NCBI GenBank assembly: GCA_002269645.1
Contig: NIVC01001661.1
Location: forward strand, 186,001-250,000
Length of the DNA stretch: 64,000 bases
Source of the DNA: Macrostomum lignano
Taxonomy: Eukaryota
Reading direction: 5' to 3'
In this document: in pieces, positions 1 to 12,305 of the stretch
Position numbering within the stretch: the first letter of the stretch is position 1
Layout: each line of letters starts with the position of its first letter
Translations under genes and position numbers: made by a program
The notes under the pieces: generated by a model
Databases searched by the model: none
Seen by the model: only the letters and a program-made list of their open reading frames with translations
Told to the model about the DNA's origin: nothing

Positions 1-104
1 GTCAAGGCCACTTTTTTGGTTGCCATGGCAATGAAAAACTTTTTTTTTTCAATTTGCTCAAAAATTTTGATCAAAAAAGGATTGACTATATGCTGTCATC
101 TAAT

Positions 105-890
105 GGCTCATTCCATATAAGATTGACATATTTGGAAAATAGAAAAAAGTCAATATTTTTGCTTGCCATTGCCTAATTAGCCTATTTTTTTACCAAATGT
201 TTATATTGTGCAATATATACAATCTAAGAATAAAGGAATGGTAAAATGTTGGATTAGTATGTTATCAATTGGCAAAAAGTCATTTTTGTAAAAATTTGGA
301 CATTTTTCGAAGCAAAAGACATCATTAAGATTTTGTACCTTTTAAAAACAAATAGAAAGCTTTTGAAGGTTGAAACAAACTATAGATAAAAGTATAGTAC
401 TTGCATCATCAGATAAAAGCATTGGTGACCAAATAATCTATTATATTTTTAATGTATTAGTACCTCAAAGTTACTGAATTGACAGAAAAAAATATGTTAC
501 GACCATAATGTTACGACCATAAGGCTGCCTTTTCTTTTGTATCTTTGTTGCCTTTTGAGTTTATATATTCTAATAAAAGAGTATGATTTCTAAAGATGTT
601 CTTAGTCAAATTTTAAAAATGTATTGCAAAATATCAAAAATGAAAAATGTTATAAGACTTTTACCTTTTAGTTTCTATATGTCAAAAATCCTGTCGTTAC
701 GACCATAAGTGTCATTTAAAGTTTAATAGCATCTATACTAATGATGATATCTATATGAAACTCTATAAATATATTCTAGACAAAATAATCTTTCATTTAA
801 AATATTGGTTTAGTATATTCTATTATTAGATTTCATTTTATAAGTAAAAATAACCTGTCATGTTACGACCATGCTTATATGGAATGAGCC
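105..890. mobile_element. Non-autonomous DNA transposon (MITE), 786 bp, 17-bp TIRs, 4-bp TSD TAAT; superfamily unassigned
   Basis: Perfect TIR GGCTCATTCCATATAAG (105-121) / CTTATATGGAATGAGCC (874-890). TAAT lies on both flanks (101-104, 891-894). A near-identical copy is at 11520-12305. GTTACGACCAT motifs recur internally. Confidence 0.9.
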
Positions 891-1549
891 TAATGCTCTA
901 TATGAGCTTGAGGGCATTTATAAGCTATAATAATAGGATAATTTTTAGTGCATAAGCACTTTTTATATCAAAAAGTAAAAAATGTTTTTGAGGTGCAAAA
1001 ATTTTCATTTTTCAAAGTTTGGTATGAAGCAGCTCAAAGCATCAGCATGATCATTGAGCTGCTAAACAATCAACAAAACATCTAGGGCTATTGAGTGAAG
1101 GCATGTGCATTTTTCCAGTGTGCATTTTTTTACAAAAAACTAAGCAAAAAAGAGTTTTATTCAATCTTTAAGAAGGTTGAAAAAAGCAGCTATAGAAAAT
1201 GCACTTTTAAAGTACATGTGTACTTTTTGTGCATTAGAAAATATAATGATTTGAAAATATATAATTAAATGCAATTTGGCATGTTTCTATCTTATATCAT
1301 TTTGTTTTGTTTAGTTTCATTGCAGTATTGCAATTGTGAGAATTTAAAATACATTTCACGTCTTTGCATGAGCCAAACCTCCCTGTCTCCCCAAACTTAC
1401 TCATTGGTTCTTACTAAAAAAGTGATCATTCTCTAGAAGGTAGGTAATAGAAGTATAAAAAATAAACAAGTAGCTATAAACAATTTTTAATTCAAATTCT
1501 TTGAGTATTTAAGCATATGTATTTTATATACATTGCTTAAAGAATTGCT

Positions 1550-2150
1550 TAATAGAGTGAATTTCGATGAATATTGGTTTCACGGAGAAGATTTTGATAG
1601 AGTTCTGTTTCATGGAGAGGATTTTGATGGATTTAAGCTTCATGGAGAGGATTTAATGGATTTCAGTTTCACGGAGAGGATTTTGATGGAGTTCTGTTTC
1701 ACAGAAAGGATTTTGATGGATTTCAGTTTCATGGAGAGGATTTTGATGAGTTTCTATTTCATGGAGAGAATTTTGATGGGTTTCTATTTCACAGAGAGAA
1801 TTTTGATGAATATCTGTTTCACAGAGAGAATTTAGATGAATATCTGTTTCACAGAGAGAATTTTGATGAATATCTGTTTCACAAAGAGATTTTTGATGAA
1901 TATCTGTTTCACAGAGAGAATTTTGATGAATATCTGTTTCACAAAGAGATTTTTGATGAATATCTGTTTTACAGAGAGAATTTTGATGAGTATCTGTTTC
2001 ACAAAGAGATTTTTTATGAATGTCTATTTCATAGAGAGAGTTTGATGAATAAATCTGTTTCACAGAGACAATTTTGATGAAAATTTGTTTGAAAGAAAGA
2101 ATTTTGATGGATTTCTGTTTCACAGAGAGGATTTTGATGGACTTTGGAGA
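1550..2150 (+). repeat. 30-bp minisatellite (GAGAGAATTTTGATGAATATCTGTTTCACA)n
   Basis: Tandem 30-bp period read directly. It gives the spurious ETDIHQNSLC/ILMNICFTER ORFs. Confidence 0.9.
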
Positions 2151-4638
2151 GGACTTGGATGATGGGATTTGGGTCATGGAATTCAGCTGGTGGATTTCAA
2201 GCATGGGATTCTGGTGATGGGAGTTCTTCCCTTTTCTCCTCCAATGGAGGAGTGGCCTTGTAGTGTACAACACCAGCATTCATTTTAGTCACCATGTAAA
2301 TAATGACAATACTGTTTACACAGTACCAGGCAAATAACAGTGGCAATATTTACATAGTACCATGCAAATAATGAGTGCCAATAGACAAATCCAATGCTGG
2401 CATAACTATAGTTTTGTTCATTGAGTTATTTTTTCATTTTAAATAAACTGTTAATGAAGATTTACAATTGTTAACAATAAAACTGATAAACTGTGTCAAA
2501 ACATGTCATACAAAAACTCATTAAAGCATTTAACAGTTTAAAACACTGTCATTAAAGCTAATTACAGTGGGTGGTAGTAGGTAACCCAGTAGAGAAAGTG
2601 ACCAAATGTGTTAACAAGGTATTAATATTGCCATAGGAACCCTTAGCGATGAAACTCAAACAGGTTGTCAAAAGTCCCAAACATGCTTGTAGTTTAGCCT
2701 TTGCATGAGCCCATCTAGGATAGAATTCTAAAGTTTTTATGCATTTGTGCACACTTGTCAAATTTGTGCCTGCTTGTGTGCTAAAAAGGAGCCTACTTGT
2801 GCACTCTTAAAGGTATGTGCGTGCTCCATTGTATGCGCTTGTACAAGAAGCTGTTTACCACAGAATCACAAACAGGTTTTAACTTTTATATGCATTCAAC
2901 ATGGTTATATGCCATGTGGTATATGCGCACTCAAGTTTTCTTACTTTTCATAGTCCGGAAGGTTGTTTTTATGCCAGAAAATTTCAAAACAAAAGTAAAA
3001 CAAAGTAGGCCTATAATTAGTCTTTAGCAAAAACAGTTTCAAAGTTAAGTGAAACTCTTAGAATTTTTAAAGAATATTTTTTCTAAAAAATATAGTGTTC
3101 AAGCTACTTTACAATTAAAGTACAACTTTTTAATTTATGTTGGCATAGAATTGAAAACTAGAAATGTCATTTTTTGGTGCATAGGCTATGATCTGTATAT
3201 GACTTATTTTTACAGCTGGCGTGCGCACTTGCCCACTACTCGAAAAATATATTATACGCGTGCGTTATCCTATTTCCAAGTAAGAATTTGATCCTAGGAG
3301 CCCATGTGCTTTCAATTAGGTTGGTATACATATTAGGCCTATGGTCCATTAAATTGACAAAATTCAGCCTATGGTTGACAATTGCATGTTGAACCTAGTT
3401 CAAAAAGATCAATAATCTGCTTCTATAATCTTGTTTCCTGCGATTGCAAAGCATTCTTTGCATACCCAAACTCTTACTGACCCTCAACCATAGCATATAT
3501 ATGCAACCTTGGGAATCACCTAGCCATTTCTATTGGCAGCACATACATGTAAGTCACTATTGGCTGAGAGCAGCCACGAGTCACGTTAGGCCCTATATTC
3601 CATCTAATAGCAACTTACATGTGTGTGTGTATGTGTGTTGCCAATAGAAATGGCCAAGTTAATCCCAAGGTTGCACCCAAGCATGAACCATAGACAAAAA
3701 TTAAATTAAGTCATGTCAGCCCAAAAAGTTTTGTTTATGGCACAGTCTGCATTAGCATAAAAATCAGTAGATTTTGAGCTAAATCTAAATGGCCACACAA
3801 CGTCACAAGCCAGAGCATCATTAAAAAATCATCAGTGGAATCTGGTGATCTCATAACAATTGTAAATCTTCATTAACAGTTTATTTATTAAAATGAAAAA
3901 ATAATTTAATGAACAAAACTACAGTTATGCCACAATGCATAAACAGCAAAATTGGCAAATCTATTTAAATGAATTTCTCTGTGAATCATTGTCATTGACA
4001 AGTACAATGATATTGATATATACATATATGCAAAACTTTCAGTTGAGTACAAATTATAGCAGACCAAGAAGGGTAAGTCACAAAAATGACAATTTTTTGA
4101 CAAAGTTTGACTAACTAAAGATTTTTACTTTGCTATTAAACACCGAGGATCAAACATGTCTGATTGTATGGTATCATTTCGTTAGTTAAATCAAGCTCCA
4201 ATTACTGAGTCTAACAGAAAATTTAAACGCGTAAGTTGGTTTGGTTCAGGCAAATACACGTAGCCTGTTTGGCCAGTATGAATAAGTGTATTTAAATACT
4301 TCTTCGCAAAGAAAAGTTTAATGCCAATTAACCAATCTTTCGTCCCGAAGTAACCTTTTTGTTACCATTTAAACAGGTATTACATCTTAGAAAATAGCTG
4401 GTAAAACAAATTTATAGCAGAAACTCTAAAAAGTATATATTTTTGTCTTCTGCACTTATTTTATAAAATTGGCCACACTTGCCTTCCTTTAAATCTTCTC
4501 TTCTTAGTGATTTTTACAACTTTATGACGATGCAGCATGCAAGCAGCTAGGAGTTAGGCGTCAGAAGTGCAAGGGGTGAATCAATTTTGTATGCCTTAAA
4601 GTTCAAGAATCAAGAGTTAGGAGCTAGAAGTTGTTCCA

Positions 4639-5028
4639 CAGGGGCGTAGCCAGGAATTTCTCACGGGGGGGGATGCAAGGATATAAATGAGTAAAGCTGC
4701 TGCTACTTGTACAGCTTGCTGGCCCAATGACAGTTCACAAGAAAAGTGCCGTAAATCAAATATGTAGGTGATAGGTTAGCTATGAACGGCCAGTCAAGTT
4801 TCTAATTCGATGAAAATCGCACAATTTAGTGAAAAAAATAGAAAAAATTCTTTCTACTGAATGCTTGAGTAAATGAAAATCGTTTTTTACTTGCTGCACT
4901 AGCATGCACTATGCTTTCCAATGTATCAATTTTGAATACAAACCTTAGAGATTTAGTAATTTCTTACACCCACCAACCAGGCCCACGGGGGGGATACATC
5001 CCCAAATCCCCCCTTGCCTACGCCACTG
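4639..5028. mobile_element. hAT-like MITE, 390 bp, 8-bp TSD TTGTTCCA
   Basis: Ends are CAGGGGCGTAG...CTACGCCACTG. TTGTTCCA lies at 4631-4638 and 5029-5036. A single TTGTTCCA (empty site) is at 14557-14564 in the duplicate. Confidence 0.88.
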
Positions 5029-6529
5029 TTGTTCCAAGGAGTGAGAGGGAGTTCTAAGGAGTGTAAGGTGATTGGTTAAGGAGTCCGCCAATCTGCGTGG
5101 TATATTTCACCAAGGACCACTGTATAAGCTTATACAGCTTATAAGAAATGAAAAGAAAACAATATAAAAATGAAACTTTCACTACACAGCTATATTGAAA
5201 TATAACATAGTAAACATGTTGTGCATGTTAAATTAAGGAAATAATAATCTTCACTACCCCAGATTAAATGAAAAAATTGATTTTGTGATAAAAAAATGAT
5301 TTTTCTCCTATCTTCGCAGTGTCTTTTTCCAGGAAATCGACCTCCTAAAAATTTACACGATTTTTGAGTTTTACATCCTGCTATATACAGTGGTCCTTGT
5401 ATTAAACCCTTAAAATGTACGTACGCACCTTAAGGAGTAATTCTAGTTAAACTCCTAACGCACCTTAAGGAGTACTTTCTAGGCGTAACTCGACAAAATA
5501 CAGTTCAAGCCTTATTACCCTGTGAAAAGCGGCTGTCGTGAGCTAAAAGCAATAAAACCATTTTAGCTACAAAGCCTTCACATAATAGGAGCAAAAGGGA
5601 GCGCATTTAATTAGTTGATAGCCTAAGACAATAGAAAATTGTTTAACTGCCATCATACTTAATTGCTATAAGAAATAACACGCGTATAAGAAATATATAA
5701 GAAGGCCGGTGCTATTAGTGACCATCAAAAATTGGTCATTATTGTACTCAGCCAAACAGTGCCAGTTTTTGGCGCAGACAAAACATTTAGAAATCTAAGA
5801 TGATTTGTTATGTTTTAAGATGCATCATTTGTTTGTTGAAACTGGCGTACAAAGATGTAGGAAGCGCATTATAAAGTAACATGTGCCAGTGGCGGATCCA
5901 GGATTTGAAAAGTGGGGGCCGGGATGGAGTCAAAACATGACAAAAATGACACTCCTACCCAACCTAAGAGTAAAATTTTGCCCTTGAAATCTTAACTAGG
6001 AGTTAGGAGCTAGAAATGAAATTCGCTCCTTCTATAGGACATGCACTTCAGTGTAAACAGAGGCTTCGATAGGACTGTGCCGAGATTCAATTAGTTTTAT
6101 TATCGGCGCCTTCAATGAATAAACTTGTGAGCCTCTTTTAGCAGGCAGTGAAATGAGTGAATGTACACTCGATACTTCAATGCTTTAAATCGGGAAGTTC
6201 AAACGCTGACTGTTCCTCGAGTCTTAAACTTTGAGAGGACAGAATTATTTTGCTGGAAAGATCTTGCAACGCTTGAGTTTGGGGATATAAGTTATTTGCT
6301 TTAAATATGAAAACAAAAAGCACAGCATTGAAAAAACGATTTCCATACTTTTAAACTTTCTGCGAAGATTGTAGTTATTTTTGCGATAGGTCAGAGTCAG
6401 ATAAAGTTGAGGGGTTGCGTACAAGCGTTCAAGCCAGCTTATCGTTTGAGTAATTTCAATAATAGAGGAGGCGGGTGACAAATTTTAGTTGGTTTTATTA
6501 TCGGTGCCTTCAGTCAGTCAGATAAGAGA

Positions 6530-6830
6530 GTAGCTGAGAGAAGAGAGGAGAGATTATAGAAAAGAAAGTAGATATAAGAGAGGAGAGATTAAAGATGACA
6601 GAAGTGAGAGAAGAGGGGATCGAGGCGGGAATAAAGAGGGAGAGAGAAGAGAAGAGAAGAGAATGTAGAGGGAAGAAAGGAGAGGAGAGAGTAGAGAGAA
6701 GAGGAGAGAGGAAAGGTGAGAGATGAAAAAGAGAGAGAGAGAAGCGAGAGTAGAAGTAAGAGAGGAGAGGGGAGGGAGTAGAGAGATGAGAGAGCAGAGA
6801 GGAGAGAAAAGAATTTGAGAGGTTTCATAG
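6530..6830 (+). repeat. Purine-rich (GA-rich) low-complexity tract
   Basis: Almost pure A/G tract. The paralogue is at ~16700-17000. Confidence 0.85.
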
Positions 6831-7404
6831 AAGATTTGGAAGATCGGATTCGGGTCATGGGATTCAGCTGATGGATTTCAGGGAATGAAATTCTGGCGAT
6901 GGGAGTTCTATCCCCTTACTCCTCCAACTGAGGAGTTGGCCTCGTTATATCTAAAACTGAGTGGATCGACCGGCCGGGTTTAACGCGGATCTCCTCCTAT
7001 ACGGTTGGCAACTCGAGTATACTCGTATATTTGAGTAAGTTGGGACGTATATTCCTATGCAACAAATAGGCTATTTTAATGTTTAGTTATAGATAAAATC
7101 TAATTAGATATATTATATCTATTATTTTATATAATTAGATACATGAATAAAATATATATTGCATACATATATACAGACCATCCAGTCTAAACCGTTATTA
7201 TATGCATTTATATATAAATAAAATTTCGTTTTTGGCGGCGCCCTGACGCAACGCCTGGGCGAATCGAACAGGGCCGTTGTCGCGGGAAATTGTCGACTAG
7301 ATTGTCGACTAGATCGCACGTGTGCTCATATTGAGCGATGTATCAGGAAATAAAGCTGAACAATCTTTTTACCGGGTCGATAAAACATTTTGAGATCCCA
7401 TTAA

Positions 7405-10061
7405 CCCTCTGGTAAATAAACCAGATAACACCACAAGATAACATTCGCTCAAACAAGATAACATGCCCTATTCCGGTTATGCAAAATGTTATCTTGTATG
7501 AATCTTGTTTGCGTGACGAAATCTTACGTTTCCTTGTTTCAAACAAGATTCAAATAGGATTCATTGACCAGGTAACAGCCGGGTAATTCGTGCGAATCCT
7601 GCAGGGAAACACCGTGTTATCCTGTTTGTTATCTTGTTTGTTATCCTGTCTGGCAAACAGGATTCGCTGACCAGGTAGCAGTCGGGTAATTCATGCGAAT
7701 CCTGCAGGGAAACATCGTGTTATCCTGTTTGTTATCTTGTTTGTTATCCTGTCTGGCAAACAGGATTCGCTGACCAGGTAACAGTCGGGTAATCCATGCG
7801 AAAGAAGCCGGAAGGCATTGACATCAAATTTCGCAGTAAAGATGCATATAAGAAGTTGGTGATTCAAGATTTTATGAGTAGCATCTCTATATTTAACAGC
7901 GGGTTGTACTTTGTAAGCGCCTTATACAAACTAAACAAGGAACAGGAACAAACTCAACAGGAACAAAAACTTCTGGAGAACAGCGTGGCATACGTCTGAG
8001 TTTCGGGAGTCCAGTTATAAGTAGACCTACTTATACTGTGGCTACTAATTGATACTACTGAATTGGTGATCTGCTGCGAGCTGGTGCTGAGTCGCAGGTC
8101 GGACCTGCTGTACTCGGACGCGACTCTGATGGCAGTCGACGCGTGAGCCAGACGTTTGAAAGATCGGGTCGCGCGCGTGGAAGGCGATTAATGAGACCAC
8201 TGACGGGCGCTTGCATTATATGCCGGCGCAATGGAACGACTCTGCATTATTAAAGTTAAATTAAATGGCGATGGAAGGCAGTTTCTCCTAAATATACACA
8301 CTTATAAAGAAACAGTAATGTACATACACACTCGATCGCCCAGCTCTAACAGACAGCGACGTTTCGCCGACAATCATTACCAGATTGTACGACTGTTCAC
8401 TAGTAATGTCAGCTGCGTCGATAGAATTGTCATTCGTAGCATAGTCGTCGTCCGGAATCAACTGGCTTTCGTTGATCGGCTGCTCGTAGACCGGAGACAA
8501 AGTGAATGGTGTATCATCTGATGCGCCGGCTCGCGCGGCGCTGGCTTCGTTGCGTCCACGAAATGCCGACTACGCTGGAAACTCTTACCTGATTGTCTTC
8601 GCAATCCAGTGCGCCAACAGTAATATCCAACCGACTTGGCGTTGCAGATGTCGCTAGTGCGATGGACGATCGTCCAACGGCGTCATCAACTGCGTCGTTC
8701 GAAGCATTGACACTCTCCGAAAAAAGTGGCTGACAAGATTGCCGACACTCATGGTCTGTAACGACTACTCTCTTGACTTGATCTGCTCTCGGCTGGTGCA
8801 ACTGCAAACGCCTTAGACAAACCAATGGAGCATGCACCGAAAAAAATCGGATTAGCGTCTATCTTAATAGGAAAGCTGCTTTGCATACTGGGCCAGTTAG
8901 AGCTATTTGGAACTATGCCACAGTCTCCGTCTAGACACCCAGCTGTGCCAAACAATATGGTTGGCTGACTTATGCTTCTAAGCGTCAAATATGACGATAG
9001 AATCATTCAGCCCGTTGACACACTAAGCAGCTGTGACAGACTACATGCCAGTGGTAGTCAAACCTCTCGCACACAATCAGGGCGCAACAATTTTTCAATT
9101 GTCACCTGTACGGAGGATGGGCACAGCCTCACATTACGGACGCTACAGTGCCTCCGAAAAGCAGATCAATTCACCTTGCAATTTCGAGGCTTTATTACCC
9201 CTCGGATTAAAGATTGACCCGCGTAGTCAAATAAAAGTGACTACTCTTAGCAGCTGCCTTGAGCCACAACAGACGCGAGGTTTGATTACCCCTCGTAGGT
9301 CAGCATTTTCAGTCAACTGCTCAACTTTGATTCATCGGTTGAAGCGGGGTTCAATTATCCCTCACTGGTGGCCATACACCAACACTGCAGACGCTTTAGA
9401 CAACCCAATGGAGCATGCTCTAGCAAGAGCTAGAATAACGTCTGTCTTAAAAAAAGGCTACCTTAGAACTGGGCCAGTAGGAGCTTTTGGAACCATGCCA
9501 CAGCTCCATCTAGACACCCAGCTGCACCAGATAATAGGGTAATCTTATACACTAAGTAACCGCGACAGACTACATGCCATTGGGAGTCAAACCTCTCCAG
9601 CACAATAAGAATGCAATAGTTTGTCGAAGAGCCAACAAAGCTATCACCTGCAGGGAGGGTGGGCACGGCCTCACATTACGAGCGCTAGCGTTTGCTGATA
9701 TATGGCACTTTACCCATCGCAGGTCAGCTTAGCAGCTGCCTTGAGTCCCAACAGAAGCGAGGATTGATTATCCATCGCAGGTCAGCATATCAGCTGCCTT
9801 GAGCCACAACAGAAGCGAGGATTGATTATCCATCGCAGGTCAGCTTATGAGCTGCCTTGAGTCCCAACAGACGCGAGGATTGATTATCCATCGCAGGTCA
9901 GCTTATGAGCTGCCTTGAGTCCCAACAGAAGCGAGGATTGATTATCCATCGCAGGTCAGCTTTTGAGCTGCCTTGAGTCCCAACAGAAGCGAGGATTGAT
10001 TATCCATCGCAGGTCAGCTTATGAGCTGCCTTGAGCCACAACAGAAGCGAGGATTGATTAT
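7405..10061. mobile_element. Right-truncated copy of the CCC...GGG (EnSpm/CACTA-like) element
   Basis: The left TIR CCCTCTGGTAAATAAACCAGATAACACCACAAGATAA (7405-7441) is the exact reverse complement of 21345-21381. Subterminal AAACAAGATTC/GTTATCCTG repeats are present. Homology ends in the 58-bp array. Confidence 0.7.
9714..10061 (+). repeat. ~58-bp minisatellite, ~6 copies
   Basis: The unit CCATCGCAGGTCAGCTTATGAGCTGCCTTGAGTCCCAACAGAAGCGAGGATTGATTAT is repeated in tandem. Confidence 0.9.
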
Positions 10062-10819
10062 CAGCAAAAATGAGGTATAATTTTCAAATGCAAATAGAAA
10101 AAAGTGACTTGTAATTTTTGTGTCTCCCTAGCCTTAATTGTTTATAGATAGATGCTTAAAGTAGTCTGATATAAATTTTTTTAAATAATAAATACAGTTT
10201 TTAATGCATTTTTATATTTTAATGGCATTTTGCATTGCACCCTTGAATTTACAATGTTTTCCATATAAATTCTGAATGGGACATGGCAGCATAGCACAAG
10301 TGGTGCCTTTAGAAAGATTTAGAACCTACTTTGTGGGTATGGAATGCTTTTTTGTCATAAATTTTTGTTTAGGGCTAGCTTGACCTAATAATTGTACTTG
10401 TACAAAAGAATGGTTGTCAGTTCTATTGTATATCAAATTAATAGAGCCTTTGGAAGGAAGCACATAGTAAGACTTTTTGTGCATTAGAAAATATAATGAT
10501 TCGAAAATATATAATTAAATGCAATTTGGCATGTTTCTATCTTATATCATTTTGTTTTGTTTAGTTTTATTACAAATTTGTGTTGCAATTGGGACAATTT
10601 AAAATACATTTCACGTCTTTGCATGAGCCAAACCTCCCTGTCTCCCCAAACTTACTCATTGGTTCTTACTAAAAAAGTGATCATTCTCTAGAAGGTAGGT
10701 AATAGAAGTATTAAAAATAAACAAGTAGCTATAAACAATTTTTTTAATTCAAATTCTTCAAATATTTAAGCATATGTATTTTATATACATTGCTTAAAGA
10801 ATTGCTTAAAAAATTGCTT

Positions 10820-11330
10820 AATAGAGTGAATTTTGATGAATATTGGTTTTACAGAGAAGATTTTGATGGAGTTCTGTTTCATGGAGAGGATTTTGATGGA
10901 TTTAAGCTTCATGGAGAGGATTTAATGGATTTCAGTTTCATGGAAAGGATTTTGATAGAGTTCTGTTTCACGGAGAGGATTTTGATAGATTTCAGTTTCA
11001 TGGAAAGGATTTAGATGAGTTTCTGTTTCACAGAGAGAATTTTGATAAATGTCTGTTTCACAGAGAGAATTTTGATGAATATTTGTTTCACAAAGAGATT
11101 TTTGATAAATGTCTATTTCACAGGGAGAATTTTGATGAATATCTGTTTCACAGAGGGATTTTTGATGAATATCTGTTTCACAGAGAGAATTTTGATTAGT
11201 ATCTGTTTCATGGAGAGAGTTTGATGAATAAATCTGTTTCATAGAGAGAATTTTGATGAAAATTTGTTTGAAAGAAAGAATTTTGATGGATTTCTGTTTC
11301 ACGGAGAGGATTTTGATAGACTTTGGAGAG
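10820..11330 (+). repeat. 30-bp minisatellite (paralogue of 1550-2150, fewer units)
   Basis: Same 30-bp unit. Confidence 0.88.
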
Positions 11331-11519
11331 GACTTGGATGATAGGATTCGGGTCATAGGATTCAGCTAGTGGATTTCTAGCATGGGATTCTGGTGATGGG
11401 AGTTTTTCCCCTTTCTCCTCCAATGGAGGAGTGGCCTCGTAGTATATAACACCAGCATTAATTTGTCACCATGTAAATAATGACAATACTGTTTACACAG
11501 TACCAGGCAAATAACAGTG

Positions 11520-12305
11520 GGCTCATTCCATATAAGATGGACATATTTGGAAAATAGAAAAAAGTCAATATTTTTGCTTGCCATTGCCTAATTAGCCTAT
11601 TTTTTTACCAAATGTTTATATTGTGCAATATATACAATCTAAGAATAAAGGAATGGTAAAATGTTGGATTAGTATGTTATCAATTGGCAAAAAGTCATTT
11701 TTGTAAAAATTTGGACATTTTTCGAAGCAAAAGACATCATTAAGATTTTGTACCTTTTAAAAACAAATAGAAAGCTTTTGAAGGTTGAAACAAACTATAG
11801 ATAAAAGTATAGTACTTGCATCATCAGATAAAAGCATTGGTGACCAAATAATCTATTATATTTTTAATGTATTAGTACCTCAAAGTTACTGAATTGACAG
11901 AAAAAAATATTTAACGACCATAATGTTACGACCATAAGGCTGTCTTTTCTTTTGTATCTTTGTTGCCTTTTAAGTTTATATATTCTAATAAAAGAGTATG
12001 ATTTCTAAAGATGTTCTTAGTCAAATTTTAAAAATGTATTGCAAAATATCAAAAATGAAAAATGTTATAAGACTTTTACCTTTTAGTTTCTATATGTCAA
12101 AAATCCTGTCGTTACGACCATAAGTGTCATTTAAGGTTTAATAGCATCTATACTAATGATGATATCTATATGAAACTCTATAAATATATTCTAGACAAAA
12201 TAATCTTTCATTTAAAATATTGGTTTAGTATATTCTATTATTAGATTTCATTTTATAAGTAAAAATAACCTGTCATGTTACGACCATGCTTATATGGAAT
12301 GAGCC
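11520..12305. mobile_element. Second copy of the 786-bp MITE, 4-bp TSD AGTG
   Basis: Same 17-bp TIRs. AGTG lies at 11516-11519 and 12306-12309. The empty site with a single AGTG is at 2339-2342. Confidence 0.92.

Larger units (their letters stand above)
1222..10061 (+). repeat. Segmental duplication copy 1 (paralogous to 10472-20292)
   Basis: Colinear near-identity starting at ACTTTTTGTGCATTAGAAAATATAATG (1222 vs 10472) and running to the 58-bp minisatellite. The ORF track shows paired near-identical ORFs (2558/12524, 6245/16417, 9033/19275). Confidence 0.95.

Noticed and set aside
1533-2279. ETDIHQNSLC repeat ORFs (and 10790-11423)
   Set aside because: 30-bp array translation; the frames differ between the duplicate copies.
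2558-3291. Short ORFs conserved between the duplicate copies
   Set aside because: The conservation reflects recent duplication. They are AT-rich with no recognisable motifs.
5887-5920. CAGTGGCGGATCCAGGATTT, a hAT-MITE-like left end (also ~16059)
   Set aside because: No matching right end or TSD was found, so it is only an orphan terminus.
7401-7410. TTAA-CCCT as a piggyBac left end
   Set aside because: The matching right TIR (21381) is followed by AAAG, not TTAA.
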